A DNA stretch of 64,000 nt from assembly GCF_020745735.1 (NCBI RefSeq), contig NC_083412.1, positions 96,128,320 through 96,192,319 of the forward strand. The letters run 5' to 3'. This DNA comes from Hemiscyllium ocellatum (lineage: Eukaryota). Shown one piece after another: positions 22,417 through 36,240 of this stretch. The translations under genes were made by a program, and so were the position numbers. How positions within the stretch are numbered: the first letter of the stretch is position 1; each line of letters begins with the position of its first letter. The notes below the pieces were generated by a model. It worked only from the letters and a program-made list of their open reading frames with translations. It ran no database searches and was not told where the DNA came from.

Positions 22417-25400
22417 GATTGCAGATGTAAAAAGGTGAGGTGAAGTCAACCATGATCCCAGCTGTTGGTCCATAGTCCACACGCCTCAAGTGAGGTGTGA
22501 AGGCAAGACATTCACAGTAACCTCAGCGGATGTGGGAATTGAACCCACCCTGTTGGTGGGAGACAGGAAGGACTGCAGACTCTGGAAGCCAGAGTAAACA
22601 GATGTGAAGCTGGAAGAGCACAGCAGGTCAGACAGCATCCGAGCAGCAGGAAAGTCAGCGTTTCAGCCCAAAGTACTGCCTGTCGACACAGAGAGTAAGG
22701 TAGATTGAAGACCACAGTTAGGTCAGCCATGATCTTACCAAAAGAAGGAACAGTGTCAAATTGTTCAAGTAGCTCACTGCTCCTCCACTTCCTCTGCTGT
22801 TATCCAACAGGCTCGGCTTGCCTGTCCCATTCTTGAGCAAATGCTGACATTCCCTGACACATGAGGAGACAATGGGGAGTTCCCCAGGACCATGGGATAA
22901 ACCAAGGATCAATATCTACTCCTGAAAAGGGGAGGAAATTGCCGAGTCAAAACCAAAATATCTGAGCAAGCATTTGAGTTATTGGTACGGATTTTTAATG
23001 GCTGTAAAGTTGAATGCAAGGTTAAGTCTGCCCATGCCATCCCTTCCTTCATTGCGGCTGCACACACTGAGTGTCAAACAAAGGGAGGTTCTGGTTTGGC
23101 CTGCATGGGAGTTACCAGTTTACAACAGCAAACATACTCACTCTAGTAAAGTACGACTTATCAAAGGCAGCACATAGCACATTCCTGCTTGTTATGGAAG
23201 ATTAATTCCTTCCATGACTGGGGGCCAGAGGTTGAATGTGCAGCCCTGAAATTATCATTGACAGCAGTCTTAATGATCCAATGGCAATACCTCTCCTCAT
23301 TAAAATCGATACAGTTTACTCAGAACCTGATAAGCATATATGTTGCCATAAAGATATTAAATTAGGTTTTCAACTTCTTGCTTCTGTTCCTTATCTCAGT
23401 CAAGCTTGAACTCCCTTGAATTTAATGAGTTTCAAAATAGTCGATCATTAAAACTACACTATATATTTTTCTGTTTTCCCTAATTAGCTTATCTGCTTCT
23501 TCTCAAATAGTCGTTTGTTTCCCAGTTAAAGGAAACATTGACCCTCATCATCCTCGTCTTCATTAGAGTTCAATAATAACAACAACTTCCTTTTATATAG
23601 AATCCTGCATGTTGTAAACATATAAGCACAATTGGACAGGGCTTTCGATGCTGAGACGCAGAAGGAGGTATTAAGACCAATAGTTTGATCAGAGCGGAAT
23701 GTTTTAGAGAGTTTTGAAAAGAAATGAAAGAAAAATGAAAAGCCAAATGCTGGCGGATACTGGAAATGTAAAAGACAGGCAGAAAACTCTAGAAAAATCC
23801 ACAGATGGCGAGGAAAAATAGAGTTCCCATTTCAAGTCTATGACGAGTGTGGGCTGCAGTGGTGGTTCATCACCACCGTCCCAAGAGTAAGTAGAGAAAG
23901 AACGATAAATACTGGCCAACCCAGACAAGCCCATGTACCATGAGTAAATAGAAAAAAAAGTCAAGGGCAGTCTTTGTTACCTGTTCCAACCTGCCTGCTT
24001 CTGATGATAAGCCACCAATTGTGAACAATAAGGAATAAGGGGCTGGAGTTGGAGCACAATGAAGTCATGGGAGTTACAGGATTGGGAGAGATTGCAAAGT
24101 CTAGGAGGCTGAGGGAGATTTGAACACGAGGACATGTGTTTCAAAGTCAGCCTGTTGCCAGTCCAAGAGCCAATATGATTCTGAGAACATACAGATGAAC
24201 AATGTTTGGTGAACCTTGTAAAATCTGTGTCAGGTATTGGTTCAATGACTTGGATTATTGCAATTATTTTTGAGCTATTAGTGGATGCATGTTGTAGTCA
24301 TTGAAGAATAGAAGGAAAGTTGAGGAGATTGTGGTTCAGAGTACCCCTTGATTTTCTAAATTACAGAGAGTCTGGGCCCATTCGTCTCAACCTCTTCTGA
24401 CAGGAAAGCCCTGTCATCTCAGGAGTAAATATAATGACATGTAATCATACCCTCTAAAGCAAGGACATCCATCGTTGGGTAAGGAGAGCAGAAACAGTGT
24501 TCAGTAGTCAAGAAACAATCCACCAAAGCCTCATGTTTTCAGAAAGACATCCTCATTCTTAAACAACAAAGAAGATGAGGTCAAAAACAAAAATTGCTGG
24601 GGAAACTCAACAGGTCTGGCAGCAACTGTGGGCAGAAGCAGAATTAACGTTGACTTGTCACCATGAATTCTGATGAAGGGTCACTGTCCTTTCAAGAGAA
24701 TTGTAGAGGTGGATGCGTTTAAAGAGACACTCCTGCCTATTCCATGCCATGGCTTATTGCAAACACCAGGTGTCTTCAGTGAGATTATGGCCCTTTATGA
24801 TACAGTACAAACTCTTAATTTGATCAACACAAGGTACAATAAAAAAGTGAAACCCATAATTAGCTTTTATCTTCTTTCACGAGCTCCATTGAAGGCTATG
24901 GGTAAATCACAGTGCATTAAAGGCAATAATCTGATTGAGAGGTTTCAAGCACTAGATTAGTATCTTTCAATTCACTGCAAGCTATCCATTAGACTGTGCA
25001 GCATTATAGGTTTGTATAGTGCCTTTTGAATTTTCTCATTGCTTGTTGTATCCAAATATCTCCACTTCATTGCCTTTCTGAGAGCATCACGTGTTGTGGG
25101 AAATTGTCGAAACTATTGGAATCAGACTGCAGTGTTCCTGAGTTAGTTTATGCCCTGAATAATCTAGTCAAGTGAGGCTTCATAGTTAAAATAATAGTGA
25201 TGTATGTTTCTTTGAGGTAATGAGCCCAATGATGGGTCAGTTGGTTTAATTCAGGGTGTTTGGAGACGCTAGCTAGCCCCTGTGTCTTGGGTGCATCATG
25301 CAAATTAGATCTACACACAGATGGAAGATTGTAGAAACAATCTGGTTAAAGATTCCACTGAGTTAGCACTACAGCATCAACAAAACAACGCAGCACTGTT

Positions 25401-25465
25401 GGATCAAAGATTTAAGAATTTAGTGACAATCAGTGCTTCCATTCAGTGGGAGGTGTGCCCATACG

Positions 25466-25470
<5 letters not shown>

Positions 25471-25552
<82 letters not shown>
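25471..25552. repeat. (GT)41 microsatellite
   Basis: Direct reading. Confidence 0.98.
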
Positions 25553-25556
<4 letters not shown>

Positions 25557-26926
25557 ATTCGCATCTTAGATTTGTCTGCATGTGTGTCTGTATTAACATA
25601 GGTGGTATTTGAGTACATTTTCTATGTGTTGAGCTGTATGTGCTTGTGTATATAGGTGATTGAGTATGTACCTTTGTGTACATACTTGAATTTATGTGAG
25701 ATTGTACGTGATGATGTGTCTGTATCTGCATGAGTGTTTGCAAATGTGTATTTCCATGTTTATTGAGTGTACATGTTAGTATATGTTGAGCAGTGGAGGT
25801 GTTTGGCTGTGATTATTTCCATTGAGGACCAGCATGCCAACACTGGCTGCCTCACCATGTAGACATAGATGTCAGAGAATTGATAAAGAGTCACTCGACC
25901 TGAAACATTAACTCTGATTTCTCTCCACAGATGCTGTCAGGCCTGCAATTTCAGTTTTTGTTTCTGTTTTATAGCATCTGCAGTGATTTTGAGTTTTATT
26001 ATTAATGGTACCTTTAATGACATGGTCTAGTTTGTACTATCTCCTCTGAGTGACTAATTTTCATCCCCTGCAACTACTAAGCTGCTCAGAAAGTGTCTTA
26101 AATGACAGCAGATGAATTCTGCCAGGTTTCTCCAAGTGCAGTATGTAACTGGTCTGGACAATCAACTTCCTACTGCTCTTACTGTGTGGGCTCAGTGAGA
26201 ATGGGCATTCAGTTTTCACAACAGGAGCTGTAAATGTCAAGTGACAGTAAATATTTTCCTTCTTTATGCCACCCAGGATTTATGCACAGTCTGCAATTTT
26301 GTGCCGACAAAAGCAGTTGTGATCCCAGCACTCTCTCTGTCTCTAAATCTGTCCTGTTCTGAATGCCTCTTCAGATTTATTTTTGTTTTTATTTTTCCGA
26401 GCACTTTCTGTTGGGCTTCTGCCAAACCAACTCGAAGGTTTCTAATCTGGCCTGCAGCTGATGTGGGAGCGGAGATAACTGGGGTTGTAAGCATTGCGAT
26501 GGAGGCATAAAATGTGCAGATAATTGTGGTTAGGTTGTAACACAGTGGCAAACAGATTTCAACATAGGCAACCGTATGATTATCCATTTTGGGCCAGCGA
26601 GGAATATATCAGGGAAATTTTGCGATGATGAGAAACTAAAAAGATTGGAAGGCTAGATATATGGGTCATTCAGGGAGTGGTAATGTCACTAAACTAGTAA
26701 TCCAGAACCCCAGGCTAATGTGCACGTACAAATCCTAATGTAGCAGAGGGTGAAATTTGAGTTCTGTAAGGATCTGGAACACAAAAACAACTACACAATG
26801 TTGACCATGCCAATTGAAACTAAAACCATGGAGAAGGAAACTTTCTCTTAACATGGTCTGGCTGACATGTAACTCCAGACCCACAGCAATTAACGCTGGC
26901 ATCAGACAACACTGACCCACCAATGA

Positions 26927-27050
26927 AGGGCTTTTGCTCGAAATGTCGATTCTCCTGCTCTTCGGTTGCTGCCTGACCTATTGTACTTTTCCAGCATCAG
27001 ACTCTCAACTCTGATCTCCAGCATCTGCAGTCCTCACTTTTGCCTAATTG
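26927..27050 (+). mobile_element. PLE family A short copy
   Basis: 11-bp TSD CCCACCAATGA at 26916-26926 and 27051-27061; starts within the hammerhead core. Confidence 0.8.
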
Positions 27051-27069
27051 CCCACCAATGATGATCTGA

Positions 27070-27750
27070 CCACTGTCCCTCATCATTCAATGGCATTACC
27101 TTCACTGAATCCCACACTATCAATATCCCGGGTGTTACCATTGACCAGAAACTTAACTGGACTCGCTATGTAAACTCGGTGGCTACAACAGCAGGTCAGA
27201 GGCTAGGAATACTGCAGTGGGTAATATACTTGTGACTCCCCAAAGCCGATCCACTATCTACAAGGCACAAGCCAGGCATGTGATGCAGCTGTTCCGACTT
27301 GCCTGGATGTGTGCAGCTCCCACAACATTGAAAAGCCTCAACATTATCCAGGACAAAGCGACGCGCTTGACCGGCATCATGTCCACAAACTGCCACCACC
27401 AGTGCTCAGCAGCAACATGTACAACCTAAAGGTGCAGAAACTCACCAAAGATCCTTAGACAGCACCTTCCAACCTCAAGACCGATTCCAGCAGATACAGG
27501 GGAACACCACCACCTGCAAGTTCTCCTCCAAGCCACTAATCATCCTGACTTGGAAATATATCATTGTTCCTTCGCGGCGTCAAAATCTCAGATTTCCCTC
27601 TCTCAGGGCATTGTGGGTCAACCTACAGCACATGGACTGCAGCAATTCAAGAAGGCAGCTTACCCCCACCTTCTCAAGGGGCAACTAGGGACGGGCAATA
27701 AATGATGGGCCCAGGCAGCAACACCCACATCACACAAGTGAATTAAAAAC
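27070..27750 (+). mobile_element. Second LINE family, RT C-terminal part and 3' tail
   Basis: TPQSRSTIYKAQAR...LNIIQDKATRLTG; GVTIDQKLNWT-like text. Confidence 0.8.
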
Positions 27751-27864
27751 AAAAGGCATTTGACTTTTAATTTCCATGTGAAAGGAATCTAGCAAGCCAG
27801 TCAGGTCAACAGGTAGTGAAATCTCAGACATGATGCCCGCACCCTTTGAACATTAAAAAACCCA

Positions 27865-29235
27865 CCAGGTACAGGTACTGGATAGAATCATAAAAACTAA
27901 TGGAATGCTGGCCCGTATGTCCATAAAGGTAGAATAGAAAAGGGCACAGGTCATTCCTCAGATAAACTAAACCCTGGAGGGACTGCAAGAAAATGTTGAC
28001 CCCAGATCTCAGGAATAATAGACTGGACATGGAGGGAGTGCAGAGAGGATTTACCAGAATGATAACCAAGTGTTAAAGTATGAGTAGTGCTTACACAAAC
28101 TAAGGTTTTATTTCCTTCAAGTTGGAAGGTTAAGGGATGAGTTGATCAATGTTCTCTTGATTTTGAGGGGAACAGAGAGGGTGGATGGAAACTATCTCCT
28201 CTGTTTGGGGAGTAGGGATTATGGAGCAGAATCCAAGGATTAGAACCAGACCTTGCAGGAGTTAAATGAGAAAACATTTCTTCATGCAAAGGATGGTTGC
28301 AATTCAGAGCATTCGTCCACTGATGGGAATTGATACAAGATCAATAGTTAATTTTAAAATAGATTGATAGATTTCTTATTATCTAACACTAGAAAGGCAT
28401 ATGTGCTAACTATGGTTATATGGAGTCAGGTCATAGGTCATCCATGATCTCCCCAGATTTAAGAAGAGACTTGAGAGGTTAAATGATCTTGTTCTGTTTC
28501 TGGTTTTATAACTCTCATTTAAGGCAATGAAAGGAATGCAAGGTTTCTGGATGGGCTTTGAGCTCTCTCCCCATTTTATGTTATATCGTCAAAGGCAATT
28601 GCAAGTCGGCTCTGTTGAATGATCTATGATGAACGAGATAAACAAACTGTCAGTATGGTGTGGAAGTCCATTATTCCAGCAATTTGACAGCCAATGCCCC
28701 ATCTGTAGAAAGCCACAGCCACAGGTCTGTGGTCTGAAGGGTTTATGCATATTATAGTCACTGATGGATATCAACTCTGTCATGGGTGGTGTCGAAGCAA
28801 GATGGTATCTGGACCTGACAGTGTCGGATCTCAATAAAACCTTCTTCTGCCCTCATATTGGATGATGAGGCATGATGTTATAGCAGTTTATAAAATCACG
28901 AGAGGCATGGATAGGGTGAATAAACAAGGCATTTTTCCTAGGGCGGGGGAGTCCAAACACTGAGGGCATAGGTTTAAGGTGAGAGGGGAAAGATTTAAAA
29001 GGCACCTAAGGGGTAACATTTTCACACAGAGAGTGGCGCATGTATGGAATGAGCTGCCAGAGGCTGGTACAGTTACAACATTTAAAAGGCATCCAGATGG
29101 GTATATGAGTAGGAAGAGTTTGAAGGGACATGGGTCAAGTGCTGGTAAATGGGACGAGATAAGGTTAGGATATCTGGTCGGCATGGACAAATTGGACCAA
29201 GGGCCTGTTTCCAATGTGTAATTGTATGACTCAAC
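27865..29235 (+). mobile_element. Two CR1 fragments (27865-28500 old; 28887-29235 3' end) separated by unique sequence
   Basis: RGERFKRHLRGNIFTQRVAHVWNELP. Confidence 0.8.
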
Positions 29236-30139
29236 TATACAAGATTATTCAATAAATCCCATCAATGCTCACTTGCCTGAGTGCAGACCTTATCTTACCA
29301 CAGTGATCATGTACATCTACCTGAGAGACACACCAGTGGACTTGTTTGGCTGCCCTCAGGTCTGGGGTTGGGGGCATTTGCCTGGATTATGTGTTCAAAT
29401 CTCAACAAATGACCTGACAGCGCTTATATCTTGAAAGATAACAGGAGGAGTCCAAACTGGCCAATGACTTGAAATACAGGTCTTATCTTGTTGCTGTTTA
29501 TCAGTGAAATGGCCACTGCCTTTCCTCCACAATAAAGTTCATTCCAGAAGCAAGACATGTCTGTCCTTCGAGTGGGGACTGAACACATAACCTTCTGATA
29601 GTGCTAGCCACTGGGCAAAGCCTAATCGAGGAGCTATTGATTTAAATTTGAGAGATGGCCCCATCCTACATTGATACAAAGTACTGACTGCTCCAGGCAA
29701 GTACAAGGGTCATGGGGGAGAGTTCAGGCTGTATCAAAGTCGTGGTAATGTCACGTGATGAAAAGTTCACAGTCTCCAGGTTGATGTTCTGGAGATATGA
29801 GTTCACATCCCACTTCTCCAGGGCGTATGGTGAAATTTAAGTTCTGGTAAAGTAACCTTGGAATTTTCAAAAAAAAGAATTAATCTAAGGGTGACCCTGT
29901 CGATTGTTGTAGACATGCATCTAGTTCACTTAATCTCCTTTAGGGAAGGGAATCATCCGCCTTGACCTGGCTGATACAACATGTGACTCCAGACCCCCAG
30001 CAATGTGAATGACTCTTAAATGCCCTTTGGGCAATAAGCACTGGCCTTGCCAGTGAGACCCATGTCCTATGCAAAATATCCTTTCCTAGTTATGCAGTAC
30101 ACCAGGTAAGGCCTGACCAGACCTTTACAGAGCTAATTA

Positions 30140-30645
30140 TACACCACAGAAACAGACTCTTCAGCCCAGCTCACCCATGCTAACCAGGTTTCCTCAACTG
30201 AACTGGTTCCATTTACCTGCATTTAGCCCATATCCCTCGAAATCTTTCTGACTCTATACCTGTCCAAATGCCTTTTAATGTGCCTCTGGCAGCTCATTCC
30301 ACATGTGCACCTTTTAAATGTTTCCCCTCTCATCTTAAACCTATGCCCTCTGTATTTGGACTCCCCCTACCCTGGGGAAAAAGAGTTAGCTATTCACGCT
30401 ATCCATGCCCCTCATGATTTTGCAACTTATATAAGATCACTTCTCAGCCTCAACCTCCAGGGGAAAAGATGACCCACCCAGCCTCTCCTTCTAACTCCAA
30501 CCCTCCAGTCTTGTTGTATCCCTGTAAATCTTTCTTTTTCACCTTTCCTCTTTAATAATGTCCTTCCTACAACAGGGTGACCAGAATTGTACGTAGTACT
30601 CCCAACGTGGCCTTACCAGACTCTTGTTCAGCCCTAACATGATTG
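30140..30645 (-). mobile_element. CR1 3' fragment
   Basis: Reverse complement similar to 28887-29235 plus CCAGAATTGTACGTAGTACTCC. Confidence 0.8.
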
Positions 30646-33100
30646 TTGCATAATGTCCTCTCCCTTGTCTCCTGGCTCCCTTCAGCTCACAGCAATATTC
30701 CATCAGCCTGATTGATTATTTTGAAACTAATGATAAGCTAACAGAGATAACTGACCCAACATCACTCGTTTTGCTTTTGGGCATGTCGGTTGAGTCAGTG
30801 ATGTAGCCAATTGTGAATCAGGATGTTGTGCAAAGATTGCTATGGGCCCCACAATGTAGAGGACACTCTAATGGGTAATTACAGGAGCTCATCAGCTTTT
30901 TCCTTTGTTAATGCTTTATCAAACGCAGAAAGCAAAATTCTTTTGTGTCAGTTTCAAGGTCCTGCTGATATTGAATAATTGGATGGTTCTCTCAAACCTG
31001 CTGCATAATGTCAGTAAGACGTGTTCTAATGTGTTACAGAACACTGACAGATCATAAAATATACAATGTGCATACAGATTTGTGTTTTGCTTGAAGTGTT
31101 CTTCAGAATGTTGCTTTTTGCTGGCAAGAGCATCATGTGGTTGCCCACCCCACGTTTTCTTTGGAGAAGATGGTAGTGAGCTGCCTTCTTGAACTGCTGC
31201 AGTCCATGTGCTGATGAGAGAAGCACAATGCTGTTAGGGAGGGCCTTTGAGGATTTTGAGCCAGTGACACTGAAGGAATGGTGATATACTTCCAACGTCG
31301 CATGGTGCGTGGCTTGGGGGGGGATCTTGCAGATGGTGATGCTCTAATGTATCTGCTGCCCTTCTCCTTTCAAGGGGTAAACATCGTGGGTTTGGAAAGT
31401 GATATCTAAGGAGTCTTGGTGAATTGCTGCAGCGCATCATGCACTTGAACTGAAGATGGTTCTATGTTTGACGACGTTGAAAACTTTTCACTGTACTCCT
31501 ATACTTTTGTACTTGGGTACTTGCAATAATACAGTCTAAAGTCTAAATATGGTGCACATTGATGCGACTGAGCATCGGTGGTGGAGGGAGTGGATGCTTG
31601 TGAATGTGGTGTCAATCAAGCGGCTGCTTTGTTCTGGATGGTGTCAAGCTTCTTGAGTGTTGTTGAAGCTGCACCCATCCAGGCAAGTGGGGAGTATTCC
31701 ATCACCCTCCTGACTTGTAGATGGCGGACAGGCTTTAGTGAGTTAGGAGGTGAGTTATTCCCTATAGAATTCAAGTCTTTGACCTGGACTTGCAGCCATG
31801 ACAGTTAGGCAGCTGGTCTAGGTGAGTCTCTGGAATAAGTCTGCCCCTACATTTCTTATTTTTATGTTCTTCTGCACCTTTCTGGAAATGTTTCAGTACT
31901 GTATCCAACTATACTTCCATTGAGATTTGCTCTTCATGCTTTTGGCCACTTGCTCCTTGTGCTGCCTCTGGCTAAAACCATGGGGCCATCAGAGTTAATC
32001 TCATCATTCCTGCACCACACAGGTGGGAATAGTCAATGTTGTAACTTCTGATTACCATTAAATCCATTCCAAATGGAGATAATCCAATATTATACATTAT
32101 GAACAGCACAGTTTGGCTGTTTAGCCCATCTGATTTATACTAGTATTCATTCTCTATTTGAAGTACCTCTTGCTATAGTTTATCTAACCCTATTGTTCTC
32201 TGTGACAGCAAGTTCCACATTCTCATTAGCTTCTGGGTTAAAATGTTTCTCCTGAATTTCTGATTGGATTTATTGGTGACTATTTGATATCTCTAGCCTT
32301 AGTTCTGGTCCTGCCATCAGAGGGAAACACACAGACAGGAATCCAAGAGTACGACAGAGACATACGGGTTTTTTTTCTGAGTGACAGGTGGTGACTGATG
32401 GGGTATCACATGGATCAGTGCTTGGCCAGCAGCTAGTCACAGTCTGTATTAATGATTCAGACCGTGGAACTAAGTGCAATATCTTTTGAGATGACACAAG
32501 GCTGGGTGGAAGGTGAGCGGTGAGGAGGATGGGGGGATGCTTTGGTGTGATTCGGACAAATTGAGTGAGTGGGCAAATGCAGTATAATGTGAATAAATGG
32601 GAGAGTATCCATTTTGGTAGCAAGGCTAGGAAGGCAGATTTTTGTCTGAATGATGATAGATTGAGAAAGGGGGCCATTCAACGCCAGTTGCTGAAAATAA
32701 GCATGCAGGTGGTGAAGATGGTAGATGGGATATTGGCCTTTAGAGTGAGAGGATTCGAGTACAGGAGCAGGTATGTCTTGTTGCGATTATAGAGGTGAGA
32801 CCACACCTGGAGTACTGTATGCAGTTTTGGTCTACTCATCTGAGGAAGGATGTTATAGTAATGGACAGAGTGCAGCGAAGGTTTACCGGACTGACTCCTG
32901 AGATGGCAGGGCTGATGTATGAAGAGAGACTGGATCAGTTAGCCTGATATTCACTGGAGTTAAGAGGAATGAGAGGGGATCTTATAGAAACCTGTAAAAT
33001 TCTAACTGGATTAGACAGTATAAATGCAAGAAGAGTGTTCCCAGAGATTTGGGTGACTAGAACCAGGGGTCATAGTTTAGGGATAGAGAGTAGACCATTT

Positions 33101-33399
33101 AGATTAGATTAGATTACTTACAATGTGGAAACAGGCCCTTCGGCCCAACAAGTCCACACCGACCCACCCATTCCCCTACAGTTACTCCTTACCTAACACT
33201 ACGGGCAATTTAGCATGGCCAATTCACCTGACCTGCACATCTTTGGACTGTGGGAGGAAACCGGAGCACCCGGAGGAAACCCACACAGACACGGGGAGAA
33301 TGTGCAAACTCCACACAGTCAGTCGCCCGAGGCGGGAATTGAACCCGGATCCCTGGCGCTGTGAGGCAGCAGTGCTAACCACTGTGCCACCGTGCCGCC
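33101..33399 (-). mobile_element. HE1-type SINE, full length
   Basis: Minus GGCGGCACGGTGGCACAGTGGTTAGCACTGCTGCC...(TAATC)n tail. Confidence 0.95.
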
Positions 33400-33476
33400 A
33401 AATTTAAGATTGAGATGGGGAGAAATGTCTTCATCCAGAGAGCAGTGAGCCGATGGAATTTTCTGCCACAGAAATG

Positions 33477-33800
33477 GAATTAGAATTAGAATCCCTGCAG
33501 TCTGGAAACATGCCCTTCAGTCCAACAAGTCCACACTGATCCTCCAAAGAGCAACCCACCCACACCCATTCCCCTAACCTATATTTACCGCTGACCAATA
33601 CCCTACACCATGGGCCAATTTAGCACGGCCAATTCACCTGACCTGCACAACTTTGGGTTATGGAAGGAAACAGAAGCACCCGGAGGAAACCCACGCAGAC
33701 ACGGGGAGAACGTGCAAACTCCACACAGACAGTTGCCCGAGGCTGGAATTGAACCGGGTCCTGGCACTCTGAGGCAGCAGTGCTAACCACTGAGCCATTG
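33477..33800 (-). mobile_element. HE1-type SINE
   Basis: Same consensus as 33101-33399. Confidence 0.9.
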
Positions 33801-34499
33801 GTGTCCCTCTGCAGCCAATCCAATACTCCATACACACCAACTGGCGCTGCTGAAGCCGGTGAGGAGATTAGAGGAACTGCTGACCATGAATGGTGTTATT
33901 TAAAATAGTTCTTCAGGTGAAAGAGATCAAAGATGTATGGGGGAGAAAGCAGGAACAGGGGACTGAGTTGGATGATCAGCCAGGATCACATTGAATGATG
34001 GAGCAGACTCGAGGAGGCAAATGGCCTATTCCTGCTTCTTTCTTCTGTGTCTCCTCCCAATGTCTTTCCCCCCGTCAAACCCTTTAATAATTATGAAGAC
34101 CTTTGTCAAGTCCCCACACAAGTTTCTTGTTTCCACACATAAGACCATTTATGTAAAATACACTATAGCACTGATTTCTGCTCCATCATTTTCATTTCAG
34201 TTGTAGTGAACTGTGATTTAATTTGTTTCTTATTCATATGGTGTATAAACAATCAACAGGTCTATTTCTTCAGTTACACATTTCGGGGATTGAGTGAAAG
34301 GGACTGAGGGTAATGTGTTGTGAAGGGGTGCAGAGAGAATTCTGAATAATTCTGGTACTAATCCCCGAGAATCCTTCATTGAGATTGGGCTCCAGCATAT
34401 AGTGATTGTTGACAGTGATAAATATTGGTCTCCAGTGTGGAACTTCCCAACACAAATAACTTCTCAACACCTCAACATTGATCTCCGATCGATTATGAC

Positions 34500-35415
34500 T
34501 GATCCTCGTGATTTGGAGGAAGGCAGTGAATGCACTATCACCAGATTTGCAGACGACACAAATGTAGGTGGAAAGGCAAGTTGTGAGAGAGATACAAACA
34601 GTCTACGGAGAAATATTGATAGGTTAAGTGAGTGGGAAGAAAGGTTATCAAATGATGTATAATGGGGGGAAATGTGAAATTGTTCCTCCCGGAAGGAAGA
34701 GCAAAAGAACAAAATATTATTTAAATGCAGAAAGCTGCACAGAAAGTGTCTTCGGGTTACTGGTACACAAAACACAGAAAGCTAGTACATAGGTACAGCA
34801 GGTAATCAGGAAGAGTCATGGAATATTGGCCCTTGTTTAAAGAGTAGGGAAGTCTTACTGAAGGTGTACAAGATGCCAGTGAGATCATCTTTGGAGTTGG
34901 TGGACAGTTTGGGACCCTTTATTTAAGGAAAGGTATCATTTCATTGGAGGCAGATCAGAGAAGGTTCACTAGGTAGATTCTCAGTTTGCATTGATTGTCT
35001 TATGACAAACCTCAAACAGCTTGTGACTCTACTCACTGGAATTTGAAGAATGAGAGGTGATCACATTGAAACATAGAGGATTCATTGAAACACAGGGTCA
35101 ATGCTGAGAAGAGATTTCCCCTCATGGAAAAGCTTAGGAACAGAGGGCACAGTCTCAGAATAAAGGAACACCAATTTAAGGCTAAGATGAAGAGGAATTT
35201 CTTCTCTCAGAGGGTTGTGAGTCTTTGGAACTCCTTGTCACAGAGAGCTGTGGGGGCAGAGTCCTTGTGGGTATTTAAAGCTGAGATAGAGAGATTCTTG
35301 AACAGTCTGGAAATCTGGCAGGAAAATGGACATGAAGAATGTCAGACCAGCCATGATGCAATTGAATGGCAGAGCAGGCTCAAGGGGCCCAGTGACCCAC
35401 TCCTGCTCCTATTTA
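34500..35415 (+). mobile_element. CR1 RT/3' fragment
   Basis: DLEEGSECTITRFADDT; RNFFSQRVVSLWNSL. Confidence 0.9.
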
Positions 35416-36240
35416 GAACATAGAACATTACAGACCCTTCGGCCCTCGATATTGTGCCAACCTGGGAAACCAATCTGAAGCCCATCTAACCCACCCTATT
35501 CCATTTTCATCCATATGTTTATCCAATGACCATTTAAATGCCTTTAACGATGGCATGTCTACTATTGTTGCAGGCAGGCCGTTCCATGCCCCTACTATTC
35601 TCAGAGTAAAGAAACTACCTCTGACATCTGTCCCATATCTATCATCCTTCAATTTAAAAGTACAACCTCTTGTGCTCGCCATCACCATCCAAGGAAAAAA
35701 GGCTCTCACTGTCCAACCTATCTAACCCTCTGATTATCTTATATGTCTTCATTAGGTCACCTCTCAACCTTCTTCTCTCTAACAAAAACAGCCTCAAGTC
35801 CCTCAGCCTTTCCACATAAGACCATGCCTCCATACCAGGCAACATCCTGGTAAATCTTCTCTGCACCCTTTCCAAAGCTTCCACATCCTTTCTATAATGC
35901 GGTGATCAGAACTGTACGCAATACTCCAAGTGTGGCTGCACCAGAGTTTTGTCCAGCTGCAGCATGACCTCATCATTCCAAAACACAATCCCTCTACTAA
36001 TAAAAGCAAACACACCATGTGCCTTCTTAACCACCCTATCAACCTGAATGGCAGCTTTTAGGAATCTATGTGCATGGATACTAAGATCTCTCTGCTCATC
36101 TCCACCACCAATAATCTTTCAATTTGCCCATTACTCTGTATTCCTGTTACTCCTTCCAAAGTGAATCACCTCACACTTTTCTGCATTAAACTCCATTTGC
36201 CACCTCTCAGCCCAGCTCTGCAGCTTATCTCTGCTGTAAC
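35416..36240 (-). mobile_element. CR1 3' fragment, tail-to-tail with the previous copy
   Basis: LERVQRRFTRMLPG...RRLRGDL..YKIIRGLDR. Confidence 0.9.

Larger units (their letters stand above)
32375..34050 (+). mobile_element. CR1 RT/3' region with two nested HE1 SINEs
   Basis: GVSHGSVLG, QMQYNVNKW, RPHLEYC.QFW motifs; 3' UTR resumes after ~33900. Confidence 0.85.

Noticed and set aside
25321-25452. Protein-like ORF MEDCRNNLVKDSTELALQHQQNNAALLDQRF as an exon
   Set aside because: Poor polypyrimidine tract, weak donor (GTGTGC), phase 0 incompatible with the candidate gene, no recognisable homology.
26277-26510. Acceptor-like site TTTTCCTTCTTTATGCCACCCAG followed by short frames
   Set aside because: No convincing donor or coherent frame and no link to other exons.
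28595-28840. Alternative terminal exon (GNCKSALLNDL*, AATAAA at 28833)
   Set aside because: Weak AAG acceptor; such signals arise by chance. It cannot be excluded without RNA data.
30090-30105. 16-nt micro-exon (TTTCCTAG|...CAG|GTAAGG)
   Set aside because: The sequence resembles a decayed antisense CR1 motif (CAGTACTCCAGGTGTGGCC).
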